A stretch of 64,000 bases of DNA from Eledone cirrhosa (lineage: Eukaryota). The position numbers and the translations under genes are program-made. Below the pieces are notes generated by a model. The model had not been told where the DNA came from, did not search any database, and was given only the letters and a program-made list of their open reading frames with translations. Location: the NCBI GenBank assembly GCA_964016885.1, contig OZ024762.1:4960001-5024000 (forward strand), in the 5' to 3' direction. Positions 49,768-61,849 of the stretch are shown here, one piece after another; positions within the stretch are counted from its first letter, which is position 1; every line of letters starts with the position of its first letter.

Positions 49768-50856
49768 GTAAGTGAACATTATCATATTGTTATAGTATTG
49801 TTGTTGTTACTGCTGCTATTGTTGTTGTTACTGCTGCTGTCGTTGTTGCTGCTGCTACACAGAGCCGAAACATACCAAAAATGATCCCTTCCGACTCTGA
49901 AATCATCATTTAATGTCCATTTTCCCTTCTAGCAAAGTTTGGATGGGTCTACATAGACCAAGTCAGTAGTGAAGAGGGGCTACAGACCTCCCAGACAGGT
50001 TAAGGGGTTTGCATCTTGTTTATGTACAATCATACATTTTATCGAGTGCAGAGGAGAAATTATCATGTCTTTTGAAACAAACTGATGGGTCTTTCCAGCC
50101 CTTTGTTTTGCAAGCTTTCTACAGCTGGATGCCCTTCCTATCACCAACCTCTTTACAGAGTGTACAGGGTGCTTTTGTAGTGTAGATCACCAGCACTAGG
50201 GAGGTTGTCTTTTCACACAACTAAAGGGTCCTCCCAACCATTTGTTTGTCATGCTTTCTACAGCTGGATGCCCTTCCTTTCACCAACCACTTTATAGTGG
50301 GCACTGGGTGCTTTTATCATGTACACTAGAGAGGTTGTTTTTGACACAACTGAAGGGTCCTCCCAACCCCTTGTTTGGCTAAAAGCCCTTCCTATCACCA
50401 ACCACTGGTCTGGTACCTTATTTATTCTGGAAGGATGAAAGGCAAAGTTGACCTTGCTGGGATTTGAACTCAGACCATTTGGAACAAACACTCATCCTAC
50501 ACTAATGATTCTCTTAATCTGTTGCTTATAAAGGTTACATAATATCAGTTACTCTCTCTCTCTCTCTTGCTGTCTTTTTCACTCTCTCACACTTTCTTTC
50601 TATCACTCTATCTCCCACTCTCTTGCACACTATATCTCTATCACTGTCACTCTATCTCACTCATTTACTATCTCACACTTACTGTCTTTTTCACTCACTC
50701 TCACATACTCTATCTCTCTCTTTCACTCTCTCTCTCTCTCTCTCACTCTCTCTCTCTATTACTCTATCTCTCACACAGTATTACTCACTCCCTCTCTCTA
50801 TCACACTCTCTCTCTCTCACTCTCACACTCTCTCTCACTATCACTCTCTCTCTTAG

Positions 50857-50991
50857 CCAATCTCTACCATCCCGTCCAGTCAATCTCAGGAAGTCTTTAA
50901 TGAGAGTCCCTGGAAGAAACTTGTCTCAGATCTTGGAGAAGAAGCATCTGACATTCTCAAGAAGTTTTCCATCAAGGAAATCCATCGCAGG
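50857..50991 (+). CDS. HROB: HROB exon 5 (PISTIPSSQSQEVFNESPWKKLVSDLG...FSIKEIHRR)
   Basis: ttag|CCA acceptor, AGG|gtaagt donor; F...PW and SI....R motifs preceding the OB fold. Confidence 0.85.
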
Positions 50992-51970
50992 GTAAGTCTC
51001 TCTCTCTCTCTCTCTCTCTCTATTTTCATTGGCCTCGCCTGGCTGGTTGTCTGTCTGGCTGGTTGCCCGTCTGTCTGTCTATTTGGCTAGCTGGCTAGCT
51101 GTCTGTCTGTCCATCTCATTTTTTGTGAAACCATGACATCTGTTTTGACATAAACATCAGGACCACCACTACCACCATCGCCACAACCATCATCATCATC
51201 ATCGCTATCACCCCAGCACCAGCAACACCACCACCACCACCACATCTCTACCTCTATTATCACCCCACCACCACTTGTTTAATGTCTGTTTTCCATGTTT
51301 GCCTGAGTTATAGTGAGATCCAACAGGTCAGGTGACTACATCCTGCTTGTATGATCCAAGTGAATTTGATTGATGGAAACACATCGTTTACATATAATAT
51401 GCATATATATATATATAGTGATCCCTGAAATGGTCCCCTCACTAATTTATGGTGAAACATTCTCCTAGTGAGTCTGTACATGTGTGATTTAGTTATAAAG
51501 GTGGGTTATTCCATTTTAATTTATCCTTTAATTATGTATTTCCCAAACCTTTCGTAGTTTATATGTTCTTCACCCTAATGGACGTATACCACCTTTAAAT
51601 GAAAACACACTCTCTTGTGTTTTTTTCCTCTCTATATTCCTTGCAATATTATTTGTGAAGAGGAATACCAAAATCCTAGCTCATCAGTGGGTGAAGAGTT
51701 ATTGGTAACCTGATCACTTCTAAATCTAATCAAAAACTGGATAGTGTGTGTATATGTAACACCCATGGTTCCCGAACTTAGCGTGTCTCGCACACTCACG
51801 CCACTAAAAATAGCTTGACGAATTAACGGAGCCGAATATAAACCCGGCTGCTATTTTTAGTGGCGTGAGTGTGCGAGACACGCTAAGTTCAGGAACCATG
51901 TGCGTTACATATACACACACTATCCAGTTTTTTTATTAGATTTAGAAGTGATCAGGATACCAATAATTCT

Positions 51971-52052
51971 TCACCCACTGATGAGCTAGGATTTTGGTAT
52001 TCCTCTTCACAAATAATATTGCGAAACAGTTCTATTAAAACTGTCCGGGTGA
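51971..52052 (+). ncRNA. Type I hammerhead ribozyme motif (Penelope-like)
   Basis: Stem I UCACCCA/CGGGUGA, CUGAUGA 51978-51984, stem II closed by GC/GC, GAAA 52023-52026, stem III CAGUU/AACUG, GUC triplet 52043-52045. Confidence 0.65.
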
Positions 52053-53191
52053 TCGGTTGTTACCACAATTATGGTTTGTATTTATTTTTCTTGATTTATT
52101 CTTAAATTGAGTCTAGCAAACCCTATTGTCTGTAGTTAATATTCTTTTCACCTTAGCAATTCTGGTCCATTACGATTTGAACACATATATGTATATGTCT
52201 GTGTTCGTTTTTCTTTTTTGTTCAGTTATAATATATATATATATATGTATGTATATATAACCTTTTATATCTTTTTAATACGTCATGTGTTATATATAGT
52301 AAAATACTGTTGGTGGGAAGATGTTGACAGTTCTAGGTTAATAGGTTGGTGTGTCATGAACAGAAGTTTTAACATGTTCTCATCTATCTATGTTCAGTCA
52401 TTAATGTAATTAATTTGTTAATTATATTCTTAGATTTCATTTTTTACTTGTTATAGTTTATTTATCTCACCTCAACCTTGAGTTACTTAACTCTTCACAA
52501 AGGGTCAGGAGAACTCTACAGATGTGTCAAAAACATGACAACCTACCTAATGTTGGTGATCTACATGGGAAATACACCCTGTACACTCTGTAAAGTGGTT
52601 GGTGATAAAAAATACATCTAATCGTAGAACAAAGGAGCCTAAGGACATTTCACCTGTGTTAAAGACATGATGCCTCTCTAGTACTGGTGCTACAATAAAA
52701 TGCATCCTGTACACTCTGTAAAGTGGTTTTTGATAAATGTATCTAGCCATAGAACAAAGTGTTGTGGAGACTCTTCTGCTGTGTCAAAGACATGACAACC
52801 TCCCTAGTGCTGATGTCACTATCAAATGCACTGGGTAGAATACATGAACATAAGAGAGATGGTCCATCTGACTAATGGTTACTGTTATTGTATTGTTATA
52901 AATATGGTAGATGTTATTGTATTATAGATAAAGTCTTAAGCCTGTCTGAAGGCCAGAGGCTAATCAGGCCGGTTTCCATGATGTTAAGCGAGTGAAATTA
53001 CAAGACTTCCCCTGGATAGGATGCCAGTCTGTTGCAGGGTATAAGTTTGTTTCGAGCCAGGAGTTTCAGCAGGCTGGTGCTTATCTCAGTTTCCATGGCA
53101 TTAAACGAGTAAGAATACATGATATTATGTGACTTAATTATGTGATATAAAGCCTTCACTTGTTTTTTTTTTTTTTTTTTTTTTTTTCCAG

Positions 53192-53300
53192 GCCAGTAAA
53201 AAGTTGTTATGTCAAGGTAAAGTGTTGCTGCTCTTCTCGGTCTTGGAAACCATTGACTTCACCAACCTTGATGCTAGTGTCCATCTCCGAGATAAGACAG
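53192..53300 (+). CDS. HROB: HROB exon 6, OB-fold start (ASKKLLCQGKVLLLFSVLETIDFTNLDASVHLRDKT)
   Basis: Poly-T tract cag|GCC, G|gtaaga; matches HROB KV...DASV..KDPTG. Confidence 0.9.
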
Positions 53301-53591
53301 GTAAGAATATCCATGAAGTAGTAAAGGTATTATACGTGAAATGTGAAAGTTTGACTTGTGTGTGTGTGTAAAAATCTCCAAGATGGCCGACTGAATACAC
53401 GTGTGTTTTTTTTCCTCAATTTTTTTCTCATTTTCCCCTTTCCTTCCTCTCATCACTCTTTACTTTCTATTTATCTTCTGATGAAGGACTATTTCAAGCG
53501 TTAAACTAATACATTTCTTCCATGTACTGTGCCGTTTGTTTTGTTGTTTTGTTATTACTTTTACACACACACACACACACACATATATACA

Positions 53592-54502
53592 CTAGCTGAA
53601 TTACCCGGCGTTGCCCGGGTTACTGCTGTTCTTATTCAGATTAGTAAACAATAAATATGAAGATATGTTGTTTTTTTTTTCTCGTAATTATTTCAAAATA
53701 TTTATATTTTATTTTAAAAATATCAAAATTGTAATAATAGAATTTAGAAAGGAAAATCTGTCAATCTTGAAGCAATCTTAGGGTAATCAATATTCATTGT
53801 GTAATTCATGTATGTGTAGATGTGTGTGTGTATTTAATAATGCCCCCAATGAATGCACAAACACACACACATACACACACACACACCAGTAATGCACTGG
53901 GTAATTGCTGGCCTTGTGCCTAACGTAGAAACAATTATATTATTTATATGAGTATGTGTGTGTGTGTGAGGGTAAATAAAATATATGTGTTTGTGTGTGT
54001 TGCCGGTGTGAGTGTGTGTGTAAATAAATATTTGTATGTGTGTGTCTGTGTGTGAGTGAGTGAGTGTGTGTATATGTGTATGTACATATGTACATCTTGA
54101 AGCAATCTTAGGGTAATCAATATTCATTGTGTAATTTATGTATGTGTAGATGTGTGTGTGTATTTAATAATGCCACTAATGAATGCACAAACACACACAC
54201 ATACACATACATATTCATATACAAAATGTGCCGTTCTATTTTAATCCAGATGAAAATAAAGATTATCACACATACACACTCACACACACATACACTCACA
54301 TACTAAAACAGACATGCACTGACCTGTCACACACACCTGTCTGTCATCACATATGTATCTGTTTGTGTAGATGTGTGTGTGTTTAATTATCTGTGTGCGC
54401 ACTTGTATACAAAATGTTACTTTGTAAAATTTGATTTGATTTGGTCCAGCCATTAGAGAATGCATAGGAACAGACAGACAGAAACAAAGAATTTTATATA
54501 TA
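53592..54502 (-). mobile_element. Non-autonomous Helitron
   Basis: Minus-strand 3' end CCCGGGCAACGCCGGG hairpin followed by CTAG|T; 5' region TATATATAAAATTC...(TGTC)n as in short Helitrons; no TSD. Confidence 0.7.
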
Positions 54503-55038
54503 AAATTTTTACCTCAAAGGATAAAAACCAGCCAACTCACTTCTAGGCGCTAATTTCTATCCTTTGAGGTACATACATATATATATGTGTGTGTGTGTGT
54601 GTGCATGTATATATCATCATCATCATCATCATCACCGTTTTACGTCCGTTCTTCCACGCTAGCATGGGTTAGACGGGTTGTCCTGTTGTGGGCAGTGTCT
54701 GGTCGGCTGACCATGCCTTGCTCATACAGGAACTGATCTGGCTTGATTTCTACAGCTGGATGCCCTTCCTAACACCAACCTCATTTACAGTGAGTGCTGG
54801 GTGCTTTTTCGTGGCGCCTACACGTCCACTTTACAGTGTGGGCTGGGTGCTTTTTTGCCGTGGCACCTCCACGACCACCTTGCGGTGGGGGGGGGGGGGG
54901 GGGGGGGCATATTGTTTATATGCTTCAGCATGTACCCATGGGAGGTCGGGTACCCTGTATTACTGCGTGACGCCAGAAGTCACGGTCGTGTGTATAAGAT
55001 ATATATGTATATATATATATTTGTGTATATATTTCTAG

Positions 55039-55965
55039 GTAGCATACAGGGAACAGTTCACCGGAACCTGGTAAAAGAATACCGAGATGATCTTCACCCT
55101 GGCAGTGTGTTGGTGTTAAAACACGTTGGTGTAATCAGTCCAACACCAAGAACACACTATCTTAATATTACTACCACCAATCTTGTGTCAATATACAGTG
55201 TCTTAACCTCTGGTGATATCAACATTCATTGGCAGGAGAACAATGCAAGCTATCCTAAACTTGTCGCCAATGCCCGGCTTCTACAGAACAGCAGGACTCC
55301 TCCTTCACCAAAAGGATCTGTGATAAACAGCCCCACACTTTCACCACTTCATCCCCCTCTCCCTCTGAATCCTCCAGGTTGTGGCACTCCTCCATTACGT
55401 TTGCCCTACCCTCGCACTCCAAACTCCATACAGCACTCTCGCGTCTGTAGACCGAGTCCCTTAGCTAGCAGCACTCCAGTGATCTTACAAAGTCCAAGTT
55501 CTATCTGTGATAAACCATCAAGGCCACCACATCACGTTTCTAACTTCCCAAGAAATGTAAACTCAGCGCCGCGAAGTGTTGGGCAAGTTAGACAAAACAT
55601 GGCAGTACCTGCAATACTAGCAGCTAATGTTACCCCTGCTCCCCACCAGAGCAAAAGCATACCACTCCCGAATTCTTCAAATAAACCCTGGACTTTCAAA
55701 TCTCCAAAGACACTGGAACCGGCCATAAAAAATTCTTGCAGAAATACTCGAACTAATCCGTTGTTGGAATCAGCGTTGAGTGATCTCCGGAACTCTTCTT
55801 TAGGGAAACTCCCTGGTCCTTTGTCTGGTGATAAGGACCTTAATTGCAGCCCAACCTTGCCACCAGCCACTGATATGTATCGTCTACGTCCAGCTCCTTG
55901 TCAAAATGGTGACTCGTTAGAGAACAACGAAGTATCAGCTTTTCAAGACGACCTCTGGCAAGACG
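55039..55965 (+). CDS. HROB: HROB exon 7: OB-fold core (GSIQGTVHR...LHPGSVLVLKHVGVISPTPRTHYLNITTTNLVSIY) plus long Pro/Ser-rich tail
   Basis: ctag|GT acceptor, G|gtaaga donor; close match to the HROB/DUF4539 signature GTVHR...L.PGSVL.LK..GV.SP....HYLN.T..NLV.IY. Confidence 0.93.
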
Positions 55966-56020
55966 GTAAGAACTTGTTCTCTCTTTTACTACTACTACTA
56001 CTACTATTGCCACCACCATG

Positions 56021-56058
<38 letters not shown>

Positions 56059-56421
56059 TAGGTAATTCCGAAGAAAAAGCAAAGGAAAATAGAGTGCTCT
56101 ATGTATAGAACAGAGCTGTTTAATTAGAAAGTGAACCACACAAAATGTAACTACACCATTACCAAAGGTTTCTGGATCCCAGACAATATTAACATACATC
56201 TGATGACCGATCCAGACATATACTAATATTGTCTAGGATTTTGAGAACAATACCTTAACATAAGTATGCACAGCCAGTTACAGCCGGTTTGAACAGAAAG
56301 AGGTGAGAGAATACTAGTCAGATATGGCTTGTTTAAATGCTCAAGGGTTAACTATGCTTTTCAATGTAATTTTTATATATGTAAAGTTTTCACTGAAATC
56401 ATTTTCTTCTCTTTTCTTTAG

Positions 56422-56468
56422 ATCTTACAGATGATATTCTTTCCCAAATATCAGAAGACATATTCTGA
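56422..56468 (+). CDS. HROB: HROB last coding exon (DLTDDILSQISEDIF*)
   Basis: ttag|AT acceptor; acidic-hydrophobic end like vertebrate DDLDGLLSELPEDFF; TGA stop. Confidence 0.85.
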
Positions 56469-56717
56469 ACTAGGCAGGTAGCCTAGTGGTAAGAGTGTTG
56501 GACTTACAATCATAATGTCGTGGGTGCAATTCCTGGACTGGGTTGTGTGTTGTGTTCTTGAACAAAACACTTCATTTCACGTTGCTCCAGTATACTCAAC
56601 TGAAAATAAGTAACAGCAATAGCTGGGGGTTTAACCCTGCGATGGACTGGTGTCATGTCCAAGGGGAAGTCTTGTACTTACAGTCATTTAACACCTCAGA
56701 AACTGGGACAAGCACTG

Positions 56718-56938
56718 ACTTGATGAGCCTCTGGGCTTGGGACAGATCTAATCATATGATGGACTGGTATCCTCTCCAGGGGAAGTCTTGTACTCACAGA
56801 AACTGTGACAAGCAGTGGCTTGATGAGCCTCTGGGCTTGGGACAGATCTAATCATATGATGGACTGGTGTCCTCTCCAGGGGAAGTCTTGTACTCACAGA
56901 AACTGTGACAAGCAGTGGCTTGATGAGCCTCTGGGCTT
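56718..56938. repeat. 100-bp tandem duplication of a SINE 3' part
   Basis: TGATGAGCCTCTGGGCTTG recurs at 56721, 56821 and 56921. Confidence 0.9.
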
Positions 56939-57229
56939 GAGACACCCGGAGTTATTCGGAACTCTTGGACCAGCTTCTCAAATAATATACTTTTATAATA
57001 AATAAAACCTTTGAAAAATCTATATATTGCTTTGTTCATTTTATTCTTTTACTGGTTTCAGTCATTGGAGTGTGGCCATGCTGGGGCACCAATCATGGTC
57101 ATTCAAGCCAGACTTTTTTATACAAATCTGATACATACGTACATACATATATCTATTCATACAGACACACACACACATACATCCATATATACATACATAT
57201 ATGGATGTACATGGGAAAACGGACGTGAA

Positions 57230-57452
57230 ATGATGATGATGATGGTGGTGGTGGTGGTGGTGGTGATAGTAATAGCCGTAGTGATGGTGGTGGTGGTAGT
57301 AGTACTTGTAGTGGTGGTGTTGGTGATGATGATGCTGGTAGTAGTAGTAGTAGTAGTGGTGGTGGTGATAGTAGTGGTAGTAGTAGTAGCAGCAGCAGTG
57401 GTAATAGTAGTAGTGATGGTGGTGGTGGTGGTGGTAGTAGTAGCAGTGGTAA

Positions 57453-57485
<33 letters not shown>

Positions 57486-57499
57486 TAGTAGTAGTAGTA
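57230..57499. repeat. (GTG/GTA/ATG)n trinucleotide array
   Basis: Seen directly; SINE-type tail expansion. Confidence 0.92.
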
Positions 57500-57966
57500 A
57501 CCTGCAATTTTATGCATCATTTTCAAAGTTAATGTCAGGCTTGTTATGCAAGTGTCACATGATACTTGACCTGCGTACCACTGTCATGTGACTTGCTAAC
57601 CACATATTTCCTCCCACACTGTTATTAACATGTCTATCTCATGATTATAATGTAACATCTTCAGCCAAACATCTGTTTAACATGGTATGTGTGTATATAT
57701 ACAGGGTACACTGCTAGACTATCCTATGACAGCTGTATCAGAGACTCTAGATCTGACCTATTGTGCTAGACTATCTTATGATAGCCACATCAGAGACTCT
57801 AGATCTGACCTTTTCTGCTAGACTATCCTATGATAGCCATACCTGAAGCACCTTGTGTAGGATGTAGCTTTTCACTCTGCAGGTCCATCTTCAAACTGAG
57901 GGAGGCTAGGTCCTCAGCTTGAATGAGCAAATATTGTGTGTCATCAGTTTAGTGAGTGGCCTGTTG

Positions 57967-58222
57967 AACAGACACTGGGGTACACAGAGACACTACAACA
58001 GACACTGGGGTACACAGAGACACTACAACAGACACTGGGGTACACAGAGACACTACAACAGACACTGGGGTACACAGAGACACTACAACAGACACTGGAG
58101 TACACAGAGACACTACAACAGACACTGGGGTACACAGAGACACTACAACAGACACTGGGGTACACAGAGACACTACAACAGACACTGGGGTACACAGAGA
58201 CACTACAACAGACACTGGAGTG
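57967..58222. repeat. 30-bp minisatellite, about 8.5 copies
   Basis: GACACTGGGGTACACAGAGACACTACAACA units. Confidence 0.95.
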
Positions 58223-58492
58223 CTGCTAGCTAAGGGACAGACACATCTTTCCAGCATAGTTACGTCCCTTGTGCCTAAAGTAGAGACAATTATCTTGAAG
58301 ATGTAATTATGCCTAAACAGTCGTTAAGACAATATGCAGTTGCAACAGTCATTATGACAATCAATTATCTAATTAAGTCACAACAGGCTTTCAACTCATT
58401 AAAACAAATTTGTTCATGATTTGTAATTTAAATATTGAAAATCGTCCGTGACTTGAAATAAAACATGAAATGATAGAGAGATTATTTGTTGT

Positions 58493-59085
58493 AGTGGTGG
58501 TGGTGGGGTTATCTGATGGCAGTGGGGGTGGTATTGATTAGTCTGGAGATGGTGGTGGGGTTATCTGATGGAGGTGGGGGTGGTATTGATTAGTCTGGAG
58601 ATGGTGGTGGGGTTATCTGATGGAGGTGGGGGTGGTATTGATTAGTCTGGAGATGATGGTGGGGTTATCTGATGGAGGTGGGGGTGGTATTGATTAGTCT
58701 GGAGATGATGGTGGGGTTATCTGATGGAGGTGGTGGTGATATCTGATGGAGATGGTGGTGGTGGGAAAGTTCCGAGTCAGTCTAGGGGGTGGTGTTATTG
58801 GTTAGTCTGGGGGGTGGAGTTATTGGTTAGTCTTGGGGGGGGGGGGGTTATTGGTTAGTCTGGGGGAGTGGGAGTAAGAGGGTAGGGTGTTATTAGTTAG
58901 TCTTGAGATGATGGTGGTGGTGGGGATGTAGATAAGTCTGGAGATGGTGAAGGAGGTATTGGTTAGTCTGGTGGGGGGGGGGGGGGGTTGTAGGTAAGTC
59001 TTGAGATGGTGGTGGTGGGAGTATGAGGGTGGGGGTGTTATTAGTTAGTCTGGGGGTTGGGGGAGTTGTTGGTTAGTCTGGAGAT
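58493..59085. repeat. G-rich 52-bp minisatellite decaying into shorter G-rich units
   Basis: GGTGGTGGGGTTATCTGATGGAGGTGGGGGTGGTATTGATTAGTCTGGAGAT units. Confidence 0.85.
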
Positions 59086-59384
59086 AGATAAACAGACAGA
59101 TGTCTGACCAGATGTAGGCAGATAGGTACAAATCCCTAACCAGATCATCTCAAGCAAACTTCTTCATCCTTTTCTGACTATTTAAAATAAAATACACTTT
59201 ATTTTAATTAATTAATGAAAAATTTTAAATGATTTACTAAAAGTATTAATTATTTCATTACTAAGTAACTTAACATATAGTCCTTATGTTGGGAGATTTT
59301 AGTTTAAATAAGAACCCTTTAAAATTGGTAGTTTTGGACCCAAAGCAAGTTTAAGCCAGGTTGGTTTCAAAAGAGTTAACCACA

Positions 59385-60170
59385 CATCTAACACTATATA
59401 ACTTTTGAAACGTTTTTAATACATCACATGTTATATGTAGTTAAACACAGCAGCTGGAGTTAGGGATAAATCCAAATTATGAGACCCGGATAAGACTGAG
59501 AGTTCCAGAAGTTCCAAAGCGTTTCTCTGACAAAGGATTCCATCCATTTGGCAATGCAGCTAGTAAGACTGACTGGACGATAGTTCACAGGTGATGTGCG
59601 GTCACCTTTTTTGAACAGAGGAATGACACTGGCAGTTTTCCACTGTTCTGGAGTAGCACTGTTGTTCAGACAGAATTGGAAGAAGTGTGATAGCTGGTGC
59701 AGAAGGAAGTACCCACTACGTTTAAGAAGCAGGTACGTAACACCATCAAGACCCAGAGAGGCATGGTTGCGTTTATTTTTAAGGTGACGTCGCAGCATTG
59801 CAGGTGTAAATTCCATGGTTGTAATAAAATCCGATGTCAAAGGTAGTGGAGACGGTACACTCTGGTCTTCAATAGTGAAAATGCCTGCATAGCATTCAGC
59901 AATGAGTTCTGCGCATTCCTTGGGGTCGGCAGTAACCTGGCTTGTGTGGCGATTGCGAAGAAGACCAACTGGAGAGTGAGGCCTCTGTTTTGGCTGAACA
60001 TACTTCCAGAACACCTTACTGTCAGGGCTGGTTGCTATGCGCTGCTCAAATTGAAGCCCTGCCTTTTTTGTCACCTGTTTGAGATGGTTGGATGATTTAT
60101 TTCGCTTCTTCCTATTAATGTCTGATTTATGCAGTTTGTACTCACGTTCAGCATTACAATGTTCTTTTCT
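59385..60170 (-). mobile_element. CR1/Jockey-group LINE ORF2 fragment (pre-RT and RT start)
   Basis: KVFWKYV, GLDGV, PEQWKTASVIPLFKKGDRTSPVNYRPVSLTSCIAKWMESFV. Confidence 0.85.
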
Positions 60171-61405
60171 GGCAAGGATGAAAGGCAAAGTTAACCTCAG
60201 CAGGATTTGAACTCAGACCATAAAGGGCCGTAACTCTATGCTGCAGAGCATGGCGTCCGACCCTCTACTGATACTGCCAATCCACCGCCCTACAGTTTCT
60301 ACTTTTGGCACAAGGCTAGTGATTACACCAGTGCATCACTGGTACTTTATTTTATCAACCCCATAAGGATGAAAGGCAAAGTTAACCTCGGTGGATTTGA
60401 ACTCAGAACGCAAAGGGCCATAACTATGTTGCAAAGCATAGTGTCTGACGCTCTACCGATTCTGCCAAACCACCATAAATAATAATAATTGTTTCTACTT
60501 TAGGCACAAGGCCAGCAAATACCCACTGCATTACTGGTACTTCATTTTATCGACCCCGTAAGGATGAAAAGCCAAGTCAACCTCGGCGAGATTTGAACTC
60601 AGATTGTAAAGGGACGTAACTATGCTGGAAAGCATGGCGTCCGACGCTCTACCGATACTGCCAATCCATCTGATTTAGGCACAAAACCAACAATGTTAGG
60701 GAGGGGGAAGTTGATTAAATCGACCCCAGTGCATTACTGGTACTTTATTTTATCGACCCTGTAGGGATGAAAGGCCGGTGGGATTATGTGGCAAAGCATG
60801 TTGCCCGACGCTCTTCCGATTATACTGCCAGTGTAATTAAGTAATAGAGATTTATGTGTATATTTGTGGAATTTTGACAGCTGTGACATTTGTGTTAGTA
60901 ATTTCACTGTCAACCTATTTTATTTGGGGGAAAATGTGAACTTTGCTATTGTGTGATTTCATATAAACAGTTTATTTCGATATAAAATGAGATTAACAAT
61001 ACAAAAACAAAAGAAGTAGGAAACTTGAACCTATTTTTCTAGTTTGGCAATATAGAGTTATTCCCCTTTATCCATTAACTAACTTTTTGTCAGCTTACAG
61101 CGGAACCTGCTCGAAATAGCAGCCAAATCATCTTGAAAATACACTTTACTCATTCATACATAATGGATAACGTAGTCGTAGGTATACTAACTACATCTGT
61201 AAAATAATAATAATGATAATTGTTTCTAGTTTTTGGCACAAGGCCAGCAAATATCCAGTACATTACTGGTACTTTATTTTATCGACCCCGTAAGGATGAA
61301 AGGCAAAGTTAACCTCAGCGGGAATTGAACTCAGATCGTAAAGGGACGTAACTATGCTGGAAAGCATAATCCAACCCTCTACCGATACTGCCAATTCACC
61401 GCCCT
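60171..61405 (-). mobile_element. Cluster of about 5 same-orientation SINE copies (family of 45820-46200)
   Basis: Repeated AAGGATGAAAGGCAAAGTTAACCTC...GATTTGAACTCAGA blocks at about 60175, 60365, 60560, 60765 and 61292. Confidence 0.85.
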
Positions 61406-61599
61406 AATAATAATAATAATAATGATCTAGCCACTAGTGGATGGCAATTGTTAAAATAACAATGATTAATGTCTTTATGATAAATTAATAAATACTTGAG
61501 TTTATAATAATTTTTTTAACAGAAGAAGAAGGGGAAATCTTTAGTTGTCTGTTTTATATAGGAATGGAAACAAACCAAAGGAATTTACTTTCTTAAATG

Positions 61600-61662
61600 A
61601 TAACCGGAAGTTATTTTGATGTGAGAGTTAAGAAACGGAAGTAAACGTGAAACCGGATGTAA
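61600..61662 (+). promoter_or_regulatory. GPKOW promoter/5' region with three ETS (GABP/ELK)-type sites
   Basis: CCGGAAGT 61604-61611, CGGAAGT 61636-61642 and CCGGATGT 61653-61660 just upstream of the ATG; typical of housekeeping promoters. Confidence 0.6.
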
Positions 61663-61682
61663 GCAGTTCGATTAATTTCAAA

Positions 61683-61849
61683 ATGGATTCCTCCGATGCC
61701 GAGACTCGGAAAACTGTTGGAATTACGTTGACTTTCTCTAAATCAAATGTTCAAAAGAAGCTACAGAAGTCTTTGATTTCCGAAGTAAAAGATGCCTTCA
61801 GCGAGGAAGTTGATTTCGTCTCTGGATTTGAAGATAAAAAAGTTAAAGG
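61683..61849 (+). CDS. GPKOW: GPKOW (G-patch and KOW motif spliceosomal protein, Spp2/MOS2 family) first coding exon
   Basis: MDSSDAETRKTVGITLTFSKS...EEVDFVSGFEDKKVKG resembles GPKOW ISFGF...EEKDFLKTVEGRELQS; GG|gttcgt donor. Confidence 0.75.

Noticed and set aside
55532-55870. Antisense ORF inside HROB exon 7
   Set aside because: Shadow frame of the real coding exon; no independent evidence.
56195-56240. CTGATGA motif near a small AGACAATATTA inverted repeat
   Set aside because: No GAAA or stem III partner; not a hammerhead.
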